DNA of 64,000 nt from a virus. The first letter of the stretch is position 1. Every line of letters begins with the position of its first letter. The notes beneath the pieces are model-generated. The model saw only the letters and a program-made list of their open reading frames with translations, ran no database searches and was not told the DNA's origin. The position numbers and the translations under genes were made by a program. This document shows positions 48,024 through 56,783 of this stretch, one piece after another. The DNA lies in IMG/VR virus record IMGVR_UViG_3300037258_000161, positions 32,001-96,000 of that record. One strand, written 5' to 3'.

Positions 48024-48421
48024 GCGCGCTCGTTCTCCTTGCCGCGCATCGCGCGCCACGTCTCCCGTAGCGAGTGGCCGGGGAGCGATGAGAGGGAGCC
48101 GACGGGCACCCATATGGCCGGGCCGAGATCCTCGTCCTCGTCGCAGGGCTGCACGAGGGCGACGGAGTAGGGCGCGTCGTCGTGCTCCTGGACGTAGAGG
48201 ATGACCGCCTCGGAGCCATCGGGCAGCGTCACCATCGCGTGCGGCCGGTCCCAGCGGACGCTCACCTTGAAGCGGCGCGGGATGACGTGCCACAGCGGGT
48301 GCAGGTCGATACTGATCCGCTCCAGCACCCAGTTCCCGAGGCCGTCGAGGATGTGCATCGCGCCGAGGATGGCGAGCAGGACCACGATGATGGCCGGGTC
48401 GCCGTGCAGGGTGTAGGTCAT
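48020..48421 (-). CDS. Membrane-anchored hypothetical protein
   Basis: MTYTLHGDPAIIVVLLAILG; ATGA overlaps. Confidence 0.55.
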   Translation of the reverse strand: MTYTLHGDPAIIVVLLAILGAMHILDGLGNWVLERISIDLHPLWHVIPRRFKVSVRWDRPHAMVTLPDGSEAVILYVQEHDDAPYSVALVQPCDEDEDLGPAIWVPVGSLSSLPGHSLRETWRAMRGKENERA

Positions 48422-48888
48422 GACTGGGCGCCTTCCTGGACGCTGGACTTGAGGACGGCAGGCGCGGGAGCGAGGCCCGGGAGGCGGCGCACGTAGACGG
48501 CGGCGATGAACTGGTGCTCGCCCATCGATGAGGTAGCGATGTTCTCGACGGCTTCGACGGTGAGGTTCGCGTCCGGCCCGTACAGGTCGCGGGCGCGGGC
48601 CAGGGCAGCGGATTCCAGTTCCGGGATGCTCGCGGCGCGCACGTTTGCCCGGAGCAGGTCCCGGCCATCGCCCGCAGGGACGGGGGACGCGGTGCCGAGG
48701 TGACGCAGAGGCGGCAGACGCAGCAGCAGCGAGCTCAGCACGTTCAGAGTGCAGGTCAGGACCGTGATGGTGCCGAGGGCGGCGAGGACGATAATGAGCC
48801 AGCCCAGCCAGCCGAAGTCGTTGGCGAGGAAGAAGAACGGCGCGGCCCACCATGGGTGAGGGCCGAAGGTGCCCGTGATGTCATGCAT
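48418..48888 (-). CDS. Membrane protein
   Basis: GWLGWLIIVLAALGTITVL. Confidence 0.55.
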   Translation of the reverse strand: MHDITGTFGPHPWWAAPFFFLANDFGWLGWLIIVLAALGTITVLTCTLNVLSSLLLRLPPLRHLGTASPVPAGDGRDLLRANVRAASIPELESAALARARDLYGPDANLTVEAVENIATSSMGEHQFIAAVYVRRLPGLAPAPAVLKSSVQEGAQS

Positions 48889-49062
48889 GGCGGGTGATCG
48901 CTTCCTGGGAAGTGGGAGCACAGTGAGCCGCAGCGCTGGGCGTCCGGCTCACTGTGCGACTGGGGGGCGGGAACTTTGCCGCGTAGTACGCCCGGTAGCG
49001 GTCCAGTTCCAGGTCACGGGGAGCGGTTACCCATGCAGCATGGGGGTCGGTGGTCGTGGCGT

Positions 49063-49650
49063 TCATGACGCGCGCACCTCCTGTGCTGCGAACCGCTCAA
49101 GCGCGGGCCAGAGCAGGTCGTTGCGGCCCCACCGGGGGTCGATGACGGTGACCCGGAATGCCCGGCAAAGGGCGTCCACGGCGTCCGCGTGGCAGATGCC
49201 GTAGCCCACGTGCGGGTCGCGGAGGTCGCGGCGCGGCAGCTGGGCGCCGAAGCGCGTGTAGGCCGCACCGTTGTGACGGGTGACGACGTGAGCCTTCCCG
49301 TAGCGCACGCGGCGGCGGGACGACCGCTGGGCGATCACGATGAGGCCGGTCCCGTCCGTCTCCCGCAGGATGCGGCCGAGGACACCGGGACTGGCGAAGC
49401 CTTCCACGGCTGCCCGCTGCTCCCATGTCCCGTCACCGGAGTACCCGGGCTGCGAGCAGTCCGTGACGAAGCCCGCGCGGTTGCAGGCAGCGAGGGCGCC
49501 GGTGAGCGGGCACGTCTCCTCGTCGGGGCCGCAGTTCGGGGCGTAGGCCGGCTGGGACATGATGTCCCCTTCCAGCCACTGGGCCGTCAGGTTCCCGAGG
49601 TCGGCGAGCGTGCGGGCCGAGGCCCAGCGCTTGCGGTCGGCGCGGTTCAT
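49063..49650 (-). CDS. DUF6919-like protein
   Basis: ARTLADLG.LTAQWLEG...DEET...NRAGFVT..SQPG...QRAAVEGF. Confidence 0.7.
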   Translation of the reverse strand: MNRADRKRWASARTLADLGNLTAQWLEGDIMSQPAYAPNCGPDEETCPLTGALAACNRAGFVTDCSQPGYSGDGTWEQRAAVEGFASPGVLGRILRETDGTGLIVIAQRSSRRRVRYGKAHVVTRHNGAAYTRFGAQLPRRDLRDPHVGYGICHADAVDALCRAFRVTVIDPRWGRNDLLWPALERFAAQEVRAS

Positions 49651-50099
49651 CGCTCGCCCTCCGCCGTGATCCGCTGGTACTCGTCCTGCGGCCAGAGGTC
49701 CAGTGACCAGCCGGCGAGCATCACGTCGTCCTGCGCACCGAGGGGAAGGGACTCCGCCTCAGGGTGGCCAGCCGGGGGACCGTAGTCCTCGTCCGGGGCG
49801 CTGGCGGGCGGGGCGCCGTCCCGCAGCCATGCAGGCACCGGCCGGTCCTCGGCCTTGTAGGTGCAGGCGATGACGTCGCTGATGTTGCCGACACGCTCGG
49901 CCATCGCGGCGAAGCAGGCACGCCAGTGCAGCGGGACCTGCTCCGGTTCCGGGCGGGGTGCGTGGCGCTGGGCGCGGCGCATGATCTTCTGCTGCAGGAT
50001 GGGGTCCACGGTTCCGGCCTTCCGATCCAGGCTTGGAGTCCGAGCCCCTGTGATGCCGGTGACACGGCATCCGGGGGCGCTTTTCGTTGCGGGGCTCAT
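49647..50099 (-). CDS. Hypothetical protein (start uncertain)
   Basis: ATGA overlaps on both sides. Confidence 0.45.
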   Translation of the reverse strand: MSPATKSAPGCRVTGITGARTPSLDRKAGTVDPILQQKIMRRAQRHAPRPEPEQVPLHWRACFAAMAERVGNISDVIACTYKAEDRPVPAWLRDGAPPASAPDEDYGPPAGHPEAESLPLGAQDDVMLAGWSLDLWPQDEYQRITAEGER

Positions 50100-50305
50100 G
50101 ACGGGCGCCCCTGGCGGTGATAGTCGCGGATGATGTGACCGGGGGAGTTCAGCCGCTGCGCTTCCCAGGTGACACCCTCAGTGCAGTCGTTGTGTGGTCC
50201 GTCGTGGCCGTCGAGCAGGTAGCAGCGCAGCGTGGCGAACATGGCGCGCTCGCCGCCGACAGGGCGTTCGGCGGCGCACTGGATTCCGGTGACTGGCTGG
50301 GTCAT
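50096..50305 (-). CDS. Small Cys/His protein
   Basis: C...C.L..GHDGPH motif. Confidence 0.55.
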   Translation of the reverse strand: MTQPVTGIQCAAERPVGGERAMFATLRCYLLDGHDGPHNDCTEGVTWEAQRLNSPGHIIRDYHRQGRPS

Positions 50306-50457
50306 GACACCACCGCCCGGCGCTTCTCGCAGCAGTCCCAGCAGATGAGCGGGCCGGTGGCCGACTGCCAGTAGGTCTCGCCTGGCTTCTGGCCGCAGTC
50401 CTCACAGAGGTTGCGGGCCTTGCGCTGGCTGCGGACCCAGTCGGGGAGGCGGGTCAT
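50302..50457 (-). CDS. Small Zn-finger protein
   Basis: CEDC...CWDC; ATGA overlaps. Confidence 0.55.
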   Translation of the reverse strand: MTRLPDWVRSQRKARNLCEDCGQKPGETYWQSATGPLICWDCCEKRRAVVS

Positions 50458-50717
50458 GACGTGCTCCCGGTCGTTTCCGGCCATGCGGTGAACGCGTCCA
50501 CCCAGGCGACGGGCACGAGCCACTTCTCGCCGATGCGCTTGGCCGGGACCTCGGACGGGTCCGCAAGGTGGCGGCGCTTGAGGTGGGCGACGGAGACGCC
50601 GAGAATGCGGGCTGCCTTGGCGATCGGGTACATCCGCGGCTCCGGTGCACTAGGCGGCCGGGAAGCAACTGAGGCGGAATCAGCGCTCAAGGTCACTCCC
50701 GGGGTCCAGTGGCTCAC
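50454..50717 (-). CDS. Excisionase-like HTH protein
   Basis: YPIAKAARILGVS...VPAKRIGEKWLVP. Confidence 0.75.
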   Translation of the reverse strand: MSHWTPGVTLSADSASVASRPPSAPEPRMYPIAKAARILGVSVAHLKRRHLADPSEVPAKRIGEKWLVPVAWVDAFTAWPETTGSTS

Positions 50718-50823
50718 TCATCGCCCTTATGATGCCTCACCGTTCTAGCACTGTCAACACTTACATAAGGGTGTTGTCGCGTAGTTACTTTGCCGGCAGA
50801 GTTGGAAGACCTACGCTGTAGGC

Positions 50824-51213
50824 GTGACGAAGGGGCAGAGCGCGCACGAGGAGATCGCGGCCGGGATACGCAAGCGCATCCTGAGCGGCGACCTGGCGCC
50901 CGGAGACCGGGCCGTGGCATCACTGGACGCGGCGGCGGCCGAGCATGGCGTGGCAGTCGGCACGGTCCGCGAGGCACTGCGGCTGCTCGCCGGCGATGGG
51001 CTGGTCGTGACCCGGCCCGGCAAAGGCTCGTTCGTGATCGCGGCGGACCTGGCGGCGGACGGCACGGAGGGTGGTGCGCCCATCAGCCTCGCCGACGTGC
51101 GCAAGCTCCAGGAAGACGTCGCCGGCCTGAAGGCTGACGTCGCGGAGCTCCAGTCACAGCGGGGAATCAGCAGGGGGCGGAAGCGGGAGCGCAGCAATGA
51201 GAAGTCTGGCTAA
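50824..51213 (+). CDS. GntR-family regulator (Kor/TraR-like)
   Basis: IAAGIRKRILSGDLAPGD...GTVREALRLL..DGLV..RPGKGSFV; leaderless; divergent from the TraB operon. Confidence 0.9.
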   Translation: MTKGQSAHEEIAAGIRKRILSGDLAPGDRAVASLDAAAAEHGVAVGTVREALRLLAGDGLVVTRPGKGSFVIAADLAADGTEGGAPISLADVRKLQEDVAGLKADVAELQSQRGISRGRKRERSNEKSG

Positions 51214-51979
51214 CGCAGAAGTCATCAGCCTTGCGGCCAGGAGGGCGAGCCCGCCGGACTTCCGCGGCGTGGCATCATCCCAGTTCCGGGGCGCCCGGGA
51301 GAAGCTCGGCGTCGGTCAGGAGGAGTTCGCGGAACTTCTCAGCGACATGACCGGCTGGGATGTTGACCCCGACCTCATTGGCCCCTGGGAGCAGGGGCGC
51401 GGCATCCCGACCGCTGACGTCCTGCTCGCTGCCAGGCACCTCGCCGGCGAGGAGGCAGCCGAGCCGTCCGGGGTCCTGCTGGCAGAGGTGCCGCAGGGTT
51501 TCCCGGCGCAGGCACTCGCCGGCTGGTGGCTGACCTGTTACGACTTCTCCCACGCCGGCGAGCGCCGGTACCACGCTGACGTGGCCTGCGTGAGTGCAGT
51601 GACCGGGCGCAGCGTGCGGGTCACGAACTACCCTCCGCAGCCCCGGACCGAGGGCCGCGCGTCCGGGTTCAGGAATGAAATCGAGGCCCAGCTGGCGAGC
51701 CGCCACCTGATGGGGCACTGGCGCAATGTCAGCGACACGCGGTACTTCGGTACCCTGCATCTCGCCGTGCTGCCCGGGGAGACCATCATGGATGGCTACT
51801 ACACGGGGTTCGCCAGCGACATCCAGGTCTCCGAAGGGCACTGGAAGTGGGCACGGCTGGACACGGAGACCGCGCCGCAGATGGCCTTGCGGGAGCCGGC
51901 CGCCCTGCACGGCCTCATCATGGAACGCTCGCAGGACGACCCGCCGCTGGAACTGGCCGAGATCGGGGAGGATGCCTGA
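51197..51979 (+). CDS. XRE HTH fused to a predicted beta-barrel domain
   Basis: AREKLGVGQEEFAELL...WEQG; LAGWW...GHW...MDGYY.G...GHWKW. Confidence 0.75.
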   Translation: MRSLANAEVISLAARRASPPDFRGVASSQFRGAREKLGVGQEEFAELLSDMTGWDVDPDLIGPWEQGRGIPTADVLLAARHLAGEEAAEPSGVLLAEVPQGFPAQALAGWWLTCYDFSHAGERRYHADVACVSAVTGRSVRVTNYPPQPRTEGRASGFRNEIEAQLASRHLMGHWRNVSDTRYFGTLHLAVLPGETIMDGYYTGFASDIQVSEGHWKWARLDTETAPQMALREPAALHGLIMERSQDDPPLELAEIGEDA

Positions 51980-52393
51980 ATGGCGCTCACCAGGGAGCAT
52001 GTCGAGGACGTCATCGCCACCTACATCCAGGCGTGGCAGCAGCAGGACCCGGATCTCATCGTGACGATCTTCACCGAGGGCGCCCGGTACCACGAGCGCG
52101 TCATGGAAGCGGCGATCCCGGACCGGGAAGCGATCCGGCGGTACTGGGAAACGAAGGTGGTCGGCGCCCAGGCGAACATCACCTGCAAGCTGCTGAGCCT
52201 CTACGTGGACGGCACCACGGCCATCGCCGAATGGGAAGCCGAGTTTGACGATCTCGTCAAGGGCGCGCGGAAGCGGATGCGCGAGGTGGCCATCCTCGAG
52301 TTCGAGGACGGGCTGATCGCCAGCCTGAGGGAGTACTGGGCCAGTGAGCAGGTCGGGCACCTGGCCTCGGCCGGGAGTAACGGGAGCGGCTGA
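51980..52393 (+). CDS. SnoaL-like / NTF2-fold protein
   Basis: Y..AW..QDPD....IFTEGARY...DGLIASLREYW. Confidence 0.85.
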   Translation: MALTREHVEDVIATYIQAWQQQDPDLIVTIFTEGARYHERVMEAAIPDREAIRRYWETKVVGAQANITCKLLSLYVDGTTAIAEWEAEFDDLVKGARKRMREVAILEFEDGLIASLREYWASEQVGHLASAGSNGSG

Positions 52394-52397
52394 CGCT

Positions 52398-52448
52398 CAG
52401 CACAGAAGCACGCCCCGGCCATCGCGGCCGGGGCGTGCTTCTGTGCTG
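52398..52448. terminator. Perfect 23-bp stem hairpin
   Basis: CAGCACAGAAGCACGCCCCGGCC-ATCGC-GGCCGGGGCGTGCTTCTGTGCTG. Confidence 0.8.
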
Positions 52449-52488
52449 GCCCCCTTGCAATCGCCCACCGTAGTGGGATGCTCACAGG

Positions 52489-52755
52489 ATGATCTGGGTC
52501 ATCCTCCTCGGTGCCGCGCTCTTATACGTCCTGTCCTGGTACATCCACCCGCTGATGGCGTGCCCGGCCTGCAAGGGCGCTTCCCGGCACTACGGGGCGC
52601 TGCACCGCTCCAAGTTCCGCTTCTGCCACGTCTGCGGGGGCAACGGGAGGGCGGTGCGGCCCGGGGCGAAGGTGCTCATGTCCGCGGGACTGATGAAGAA
52701 CGGCGCCGAGCGGACGGGGAGCTACGGGTGGGCGCGGAGGAACCGGCGCCGCTAG
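52489..52755 (+). CDS. Membrane-anchored DnaJ-type Zn-finger small protein
   Basis: Transmembrane segment; CPACKG and CHVCGGNG. Confidence 0.7.
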   Translation: MIWVILLGAALLYVLSWYIHPLMACPACKGASRHYGALHRSKFRFCHVCGGNGRAVRPGAKVLMSAGLMKNGAERTGSYGWARRNRRR

Positions 52756-52847
52756 CGCTTCCAGGACACTAGCCGGATCCCCAGCGACCCTCCGGTGCCA
52801 AGCTGGGCGTCTGCAGCGCTGTCGGCAGAGCGTGACACCCTGGGCAC

Positions 52848-53072
52848 ATGACGCTAGCCCCAGCAGAAGCCGCAGCGCTCTACCGCGATAAGAAGCTCTC
52901 GGCGTGCGAGATCGCGCAGCTTCACAAGCTCACCCCGCAGGGCGCGGCAGCGAGGATACGGACTGGCGGTCTTGGCGGCGTGACGTGGTGCCGGATCCAC
53001 CGCACCTACGAGGACGTGAGCCTTGTCAACGCTGAGGCGGTCTCGTACATGGCTGCCCGCTGGGGTGCCTGA
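52848..53072 (+). CDS. Small HTH protein
   Basis: LYRDKKLSACEIAQL..LT. Confidence 0.55.
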   Translation: MTLAPAEAAALYRDKKLSACEIAQLHKLTPQGAAARIRTGGLGGVTWCRIHRTYEDVSLVNAEAVSYMAARWGA

Positions 53073-53309
53073 CGCGCGCTCGCTACCAGGCGTGATGATT
53101 CCCGGGCCTTGCGCACAGGCCGTGACGAAGCGGTAACCTGAGCCCGACAACTGAAACGCCCCCGGCCGACGCTTGCGACGCCGGACGCGGGGACTTGCCT
53201 CCACCGATCCGTTGAAAGCCCGGTGACGACCAAGCATGAGCGTACCTTTCAAGCGCCTGCGAGCGCAGCGCCCCCCTGTAGCTAACCCGCTACTCCCTGC
53301 GATCTAGCC

Positions 53310-53867
53310 GTGACGCTCGGCGCAAGGTGCCAGCACTCCGACGCCGCAGACTGCCTCGCCGACATAGCCGTCAAGCTCGGCGTCCGGCCACGCGAGCAGT
53401 TCCCGCACAAGTACGTCGGCGACTGTCCCGTCTGCGGGCACCACGACAAACTCTCCGCCGAGCCGGGCACGGGCGACTGGATCGTCTGGTGGTGCAACCG
53501 CCGCAAGCGCGGGCAGGCTGGATGGTGCGACCCGGCCGAGATCCGCGGCAAGATCCTGGAGAGCGTTAGCGCCGACCACCTCGGCGGCTACGCGCGGTTC
53601 CGCTCCGACGTGAAGCCGCGCCTGTCCCGTGACGACCAGCTCGCCCAGGCGCTCCGCAAGCTCTCGCGGATTGAGCGCCTACTGCGCACCGAGGGGATGC
53701 CGCCTGCTGACCTGCGCGTGAGGATCGGCGCGGAACTCTGGAACGACGGCACTGAGCCGGACGACCGGGGCGGCTGGCTGGCTCTCGCCGAGGAATCCGG
53801 GGTTGGACGCAGCCAGCGCTACGAGGGATGGGCCCGGAGGATGGGGGGTCGTCTGCGACGCCAGTAG
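53310..53867 (+). CDS. Putative replication initiator with primase-type Zn finger
   Basis: GDCPVCGHHDKLS...WWC...C; C-terminal HTH-like LAEESGVGRSQRY; iterons follow. Confidence 0.5.
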   Translation: MTLGARCQHSDAADCLADIAVKLGVRPREQFPHKYVGDCPVCGHHDKLSAEPGTGDWIVWWCNRRKRGQAGWCDPAEIRGKILESVSADHLGGYARFRSDVKPRLSRDDQLAQALRKLSRIERLLRTEGMPPADLRVRIGAELWNDGTEPDDRGGWLALAEESGVGRSQRYEGWARRMGGRLRRQ

Positions 53868-53920
53868 TAGGTCCCCAGCAAAGGAGTTGTCAAGTCGTGC
53901 AGGTCAGAGGCATATCGCAA

Positions 53921-53996
53921 TCCGGAAACCGGACGATCGGAGGTGCCCCCGTCCGGAAACCGGACGGATTCTCGGGGCATCGTCCGGAAACCGGAC
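53921..53996. repeat. Three palindromic iterons (G)TCCGGAAACCGGAC at 31-bp period
   Basis: TCCGGAAACCGGAC at 53921, 53952 and 53983. Confidence 0.9.
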
Positions 53997-54032
53997 AACG
54001 GGCAAAGTGGACACAGGAAAGTGGGGAAGACC

Positions 54033-54347
54033 ATGAGCGCAACATCGGCGCCTGACCCGGAGCCAGTTGAAGTCGGCTCCGTTGAGGAGCTTGAGGGATA
54101 CCTCCGCCAGGCGGTCACCGCAGGGAACATGCCGGACGTGCTGTGCCTGCTGGAGGTGGCCCGGGAGATGGGGCCGGACATCGCCGACCGGGTCTACGGG
54201 GACATCGTGCGCCCCGGTCTCGTTGCCCGGTGGCAGGCCGGGATTCAGGGAGAACCCGGTGCCCCGGAACTGACCGAGGATGAACTCGCGATGCTCATGC
54301 AACTGGCTAGCGACTGGATCGGAGCGAGCCGGGCGGACTCTCGGTGA
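54033..54347 (+). CDS. Hypothetical protein
   Basis: MSATSAPDPE...; purine-rich RBS. Confidence 0.55.
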   Translation: MSATSAPDPEPVEVGSVEELEGYLRQAVTAGNMPDVLCLLEVAREMGPDIADRVYGDIVRPGLVARWQAGIQGEPGAPELTEDELAMLMQLASDWIGASRADSR

Positions 54348-54367
54348 GGGAATCACTACCGATTGGC

Positions 54368-54420
54368 TTGACGGTGGTTAGCACCTGCGCTACGGTCAGT
54401 CCATCAGAGGTGCTAACCAC
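54368..54420 (+). promoter_or_regulatory. Promoter with 13-bp inverted-repeat operator
   Basis: TTGACG-N17-TACGGT; GTGGTTAGCACCT (54374) and AGGTGCTAACCAC (54408). Confidence 0.75.
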
Positions 54421-54436
54421 CAGAGAGGACCACCCG

Positions 54437-54718
54437 ATGCCAGTGCCGGATCTCAATCCAGCCGAACCGCCCGAGGTTACGGACGAGCGGATCTACGAAG
54501 ATCTCAAGGCCTACCAGGACGCGGGGATGCTTGAGTACGTCCTGCTCACCGAGCCGCTCGGTGAGCAGTGGATCGTCGGCTGGAACGGCACGATCCTCAA
54601 GTTCGTGACCAAGGAAGGCATCGTCGGCTTCCTGACCGGCATCCAGGTCTGCGCCACGTTCGCGGCCAAGATGCGCAGGCAGTCGGACCCCTTGGCGGAG
54701 ATGTTCGGCCGCTCCTGA
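54437..54718 (+). CDS. Hypothetical protein
   Basis: RBS GAGG; follows the promoter. Confidence 0.65.
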   Translation: MPVPDLNPAEPPEVTDERIYEDLKAYQDAGMLEYVLLTEPLGEQWIVGWNGTILKFVTKEGIVGFLTGIQVCATFAAKMRRQSDPLAEMFGRS

Positions 54719-54876
54719 TGCCCAACAAGCACAAGAACCCGATGCTCGGCTGGCACCCGCCGGCCGAGCTTTCGGGGTGGGTGCGCGCCGAGGCTGAGCG
54801 TCGTGGCGTTCCCTACGGGGAGATCCTGACCGAGGCTGTTGAGGGGTACCGCCGCAAGCAGGAGGCAGAATCATGA
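54718..54876 (+). CDS. RHH-like small regulator
   Basis: MPNKHKNP...PPAEL..WVRAEAERRG....ILTEAV. Confidence 0.65.
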   Translation: MPNKHKNPMLGWHPPAELSGWVRAEAERRGVPYGEILTEAVEGYRRKQEAES

Positions 54877-55133
54877 GCGCCCGATCCCGCAGTCTCAATG
54901 CCCTCGCTGATCACATGGAGTGGCTGCGCGACGGCGGCGCGGGCTCCCCCGGCAAGGACGGCCCGGAGATCTACACCGCGCGGGACATCTGGGAGCGGGG
55001 CGCGGACATGGCGAGGCGCACCGCTGACGAGCAGACATGGACCGCGCGATTCCTGCGGCTGTTCCCGCTGAGCTTTCAGGCTTGGCTTGAGCAGATCCGC
55101 GTCAAGCACGAGACCAAGGAGAACGAGCGATGA
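54873..55133 (+). CDS. Hypothetical protein
   Basis: ATGA chain. Confidence 0.55.
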   Translation: MSARSRSLNALADHMEWLRDGGAGSPGKDGPEIYTARDIWERGADMARRTADEQTWTARFLRLFPLSFQAWLEQIRVKHETKENER

Positions 55134-55429
55134 GCACCGAGACGGGAACCTTGCACTCCCGCTTCGCGCACTCGGACTACGAGTACGAGACCACTACCGG
55201 CCAGCGCAAGGCATGGGACGCCGCAGACGTTCCGCCCGAGGGTGAGGGATGGGAGCGGAACGTGGACGCGGGTCGCCCTGGTGAGGGGTGGGACCGATTC
55301 GACTACCACGAGGAGTCGTACTGGCGGCGCCCGAAACGGGCCCACCTCTGGCCCTGCGGCTGCCTGCGCAACGACGCCGGGGCACACAGGGCAGGCTGCC
55401 CTGATCACCCGGAAGGAGTACGGGGATGA
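55130..55429 (+). CDS. Hypothetical protein
   Basis: ATGA chain; Trp-rich. Confidence 0.6.
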   Translation: MSTETGTLHSRFAHSDYEYETTTGQRKAWDAADVPPEGEGWERNVDAGRPGEGWDRFDYHEESYWRRPKRAHLWPCGCLRNDAGAHRAGCPDHPEGVRG

Positions 55430-55641
55430 GCGCCGCCCTGACGATGGATGACGCCGACCAGTTGCGCGATCTGGCAGACCGCTCAGAACGAGCCGCGGGA
55501 ACCGCGCTGCGGGCACAGCAGGCCGAGGCGGACCAGATGCTCGCCGGCTGGCTGGAGGATCTCAGCAACCGTCTCGGCGATGCGGCCGACCTTGCCCGGC
55601 GCATCGCTGGCTACCTTGAGCGCGGCGAGGGGAATCGATGA
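55426..55641 (+). CDS. Hypothetical helical protein
   Basis: ATGA chain. Confidence 0.55.
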   Translation: MSAALTMDDADQLRDLADRSERAAGTALRAQQAEADQMLAGWLEDLSNRLGDAADLARRIAGYLERGEGNR

Positions 55642-55841
55642 GCACCGAGCCGGTAGGGCTGAAGTGTCCTGGCTGCGGAGAGCCGCCCGTGTTCCTGCTC
55701 GGTGGCGGTACGCAGGCGTTCTGCCAGACCGACGACTGCCCTTGGTTCACGTGGGATCCCACCAAGACTCTTGCCGACCTGAACGCCGACTCGAAGGTCA
55801 TCGACCTTGAAGGCCACGACACCCAGGAGGGGGAGCGATGA
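55638..55841 (+). CDS. Small Zn-binding protein
   Basis: CPGC...C....C; ATGA chain. Confidence 0.55.
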   Translation: MSTEPVGLKCPGCGEPPVFLLGGGTQAFCQTDDCPWFTWDPTKTLADLNADSKVIDLEGHDTQEGER

Positions 55842-56023
55842 AGGACTACCGGATCGACGGGCCACCCGAAGCCCGGCAGCTTGTCCGCGAGCACCGGGCC
55901 TGCGAGACCGCACCGGACGGGACCGGGGCCTGGTGCACGTGCAGTTTCGGGTGCGCCAACTACTGGCTGCGTTCCCGGGGATTCAGGGCCGGGGACGGGC
56001 AGGACACGAAGGGGGAGCGGTGA
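55838..56023 (+). CDS. Hypothetical protein
   Basis: ATGA chain. Confidence 0.5.
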   Translation: MKDYRIDGPPEARQLVREHRACETAPDGTGAWCTCSFGCANYWLRSRGFRAGDGQDTKGER

Positions 56024-56451
56024 GCAGCTGCATCTACGTCACGTTCGACGAGGACGAGGGCGTCACCGGCGAAGCCTGGACTGAGTTCTGCCGCGAGCAC
56101 GGGATCCGCTACAGCCCGCAGACGGTCGGCCAGAACGTCTTCTACGCTGGCGACGTGGAGATTCACTTCGGCGCCAAGGACGGCACGGCACCGACATTGC
56201 GGCCCGGCGGCGGCTACGACTGGGACACCGCAAAGCCACCGGACTACGCGGAGGAGATTACTTTCCGGACCGTCTACGGTCACGCACTGGAACGACTGGC
56301 GGAACTGGCCCGCACCTTCTGGCTCCAGTTCGGCGGGGCGGTGTGCGCCGAGGAGACGCTGCGGCACCTGTTCGCCACTGGCACCGGGGCGCAGCGCAGG
56401 ACGGTGATCAGGGACGTGATTGTTCGCGACCAGGGCGAGATCACAGCCTGA
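56020..56451 (+). CDS. Hypothetical protein
   Basis: GTGA overlap, RBS GGGGGAG. Confidence 0.6.
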   Translation: MSSCIYVTFDEDEGVTGEAWTEFCREHGIRYSPQTVGQNVFYAGDVEIHFGAKDGTAPTLRPGGGYDWDTAKPPDYAEEITFRTVYGHALERLAELARTFWLQFGGAVCAEETLRHLFATGTGAQRRTVIRDVIVRDQGEITA

Positions 56452-56536
56452 CCATCCCCGGATCCGGTGGTGATCCATTCCCCTCCCTGGTGCGTCTGTC
56501 CCCAAGAGCACACCGAAGCCTTGAGGGGGGCCCAAG

Positions 56537-56761
56537 ATGCTCAGCCTGTTACTCCGCCGCCACCACGGACGCCACGAGGCACCGCCGCCGCAGCCACCAC
56601 GGGAGATGCCCGCCACCCCGCCGCCGCCGGAACGCTTCTGGCCAGTACTGCGCTGGCTGGAGCAGAAAGCCGCGGGGATCCGGAGCGACCCGGTCTACGA
56701 GGCGGAGATGGCTGCGTTAGCGGCGGAGCTGGACACCTGGCAGCGGGAGCAGGACGGGTGA
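56537..56761 (+). CDS. Hypothetical protein
   Basis: RBS GAGGGG. Confidence 0.45.
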   Translation: MLSLLLRRHHGRHEAPPPQPPREMPATPPPPERFWPVLRWLEQKAAGIRSDPVYEAEMAALAAELDTWQREQDG

Positions 56762-56783
56762 CCGGAGCGCTACGCTCAGTTGC

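Noticed and set aside
53921-53996. Mini CRISPR array
   Set aside because: Repeats of 14-15 bp and spacers of about 16 bp are too short, and there are no cas genes; iterons fit better
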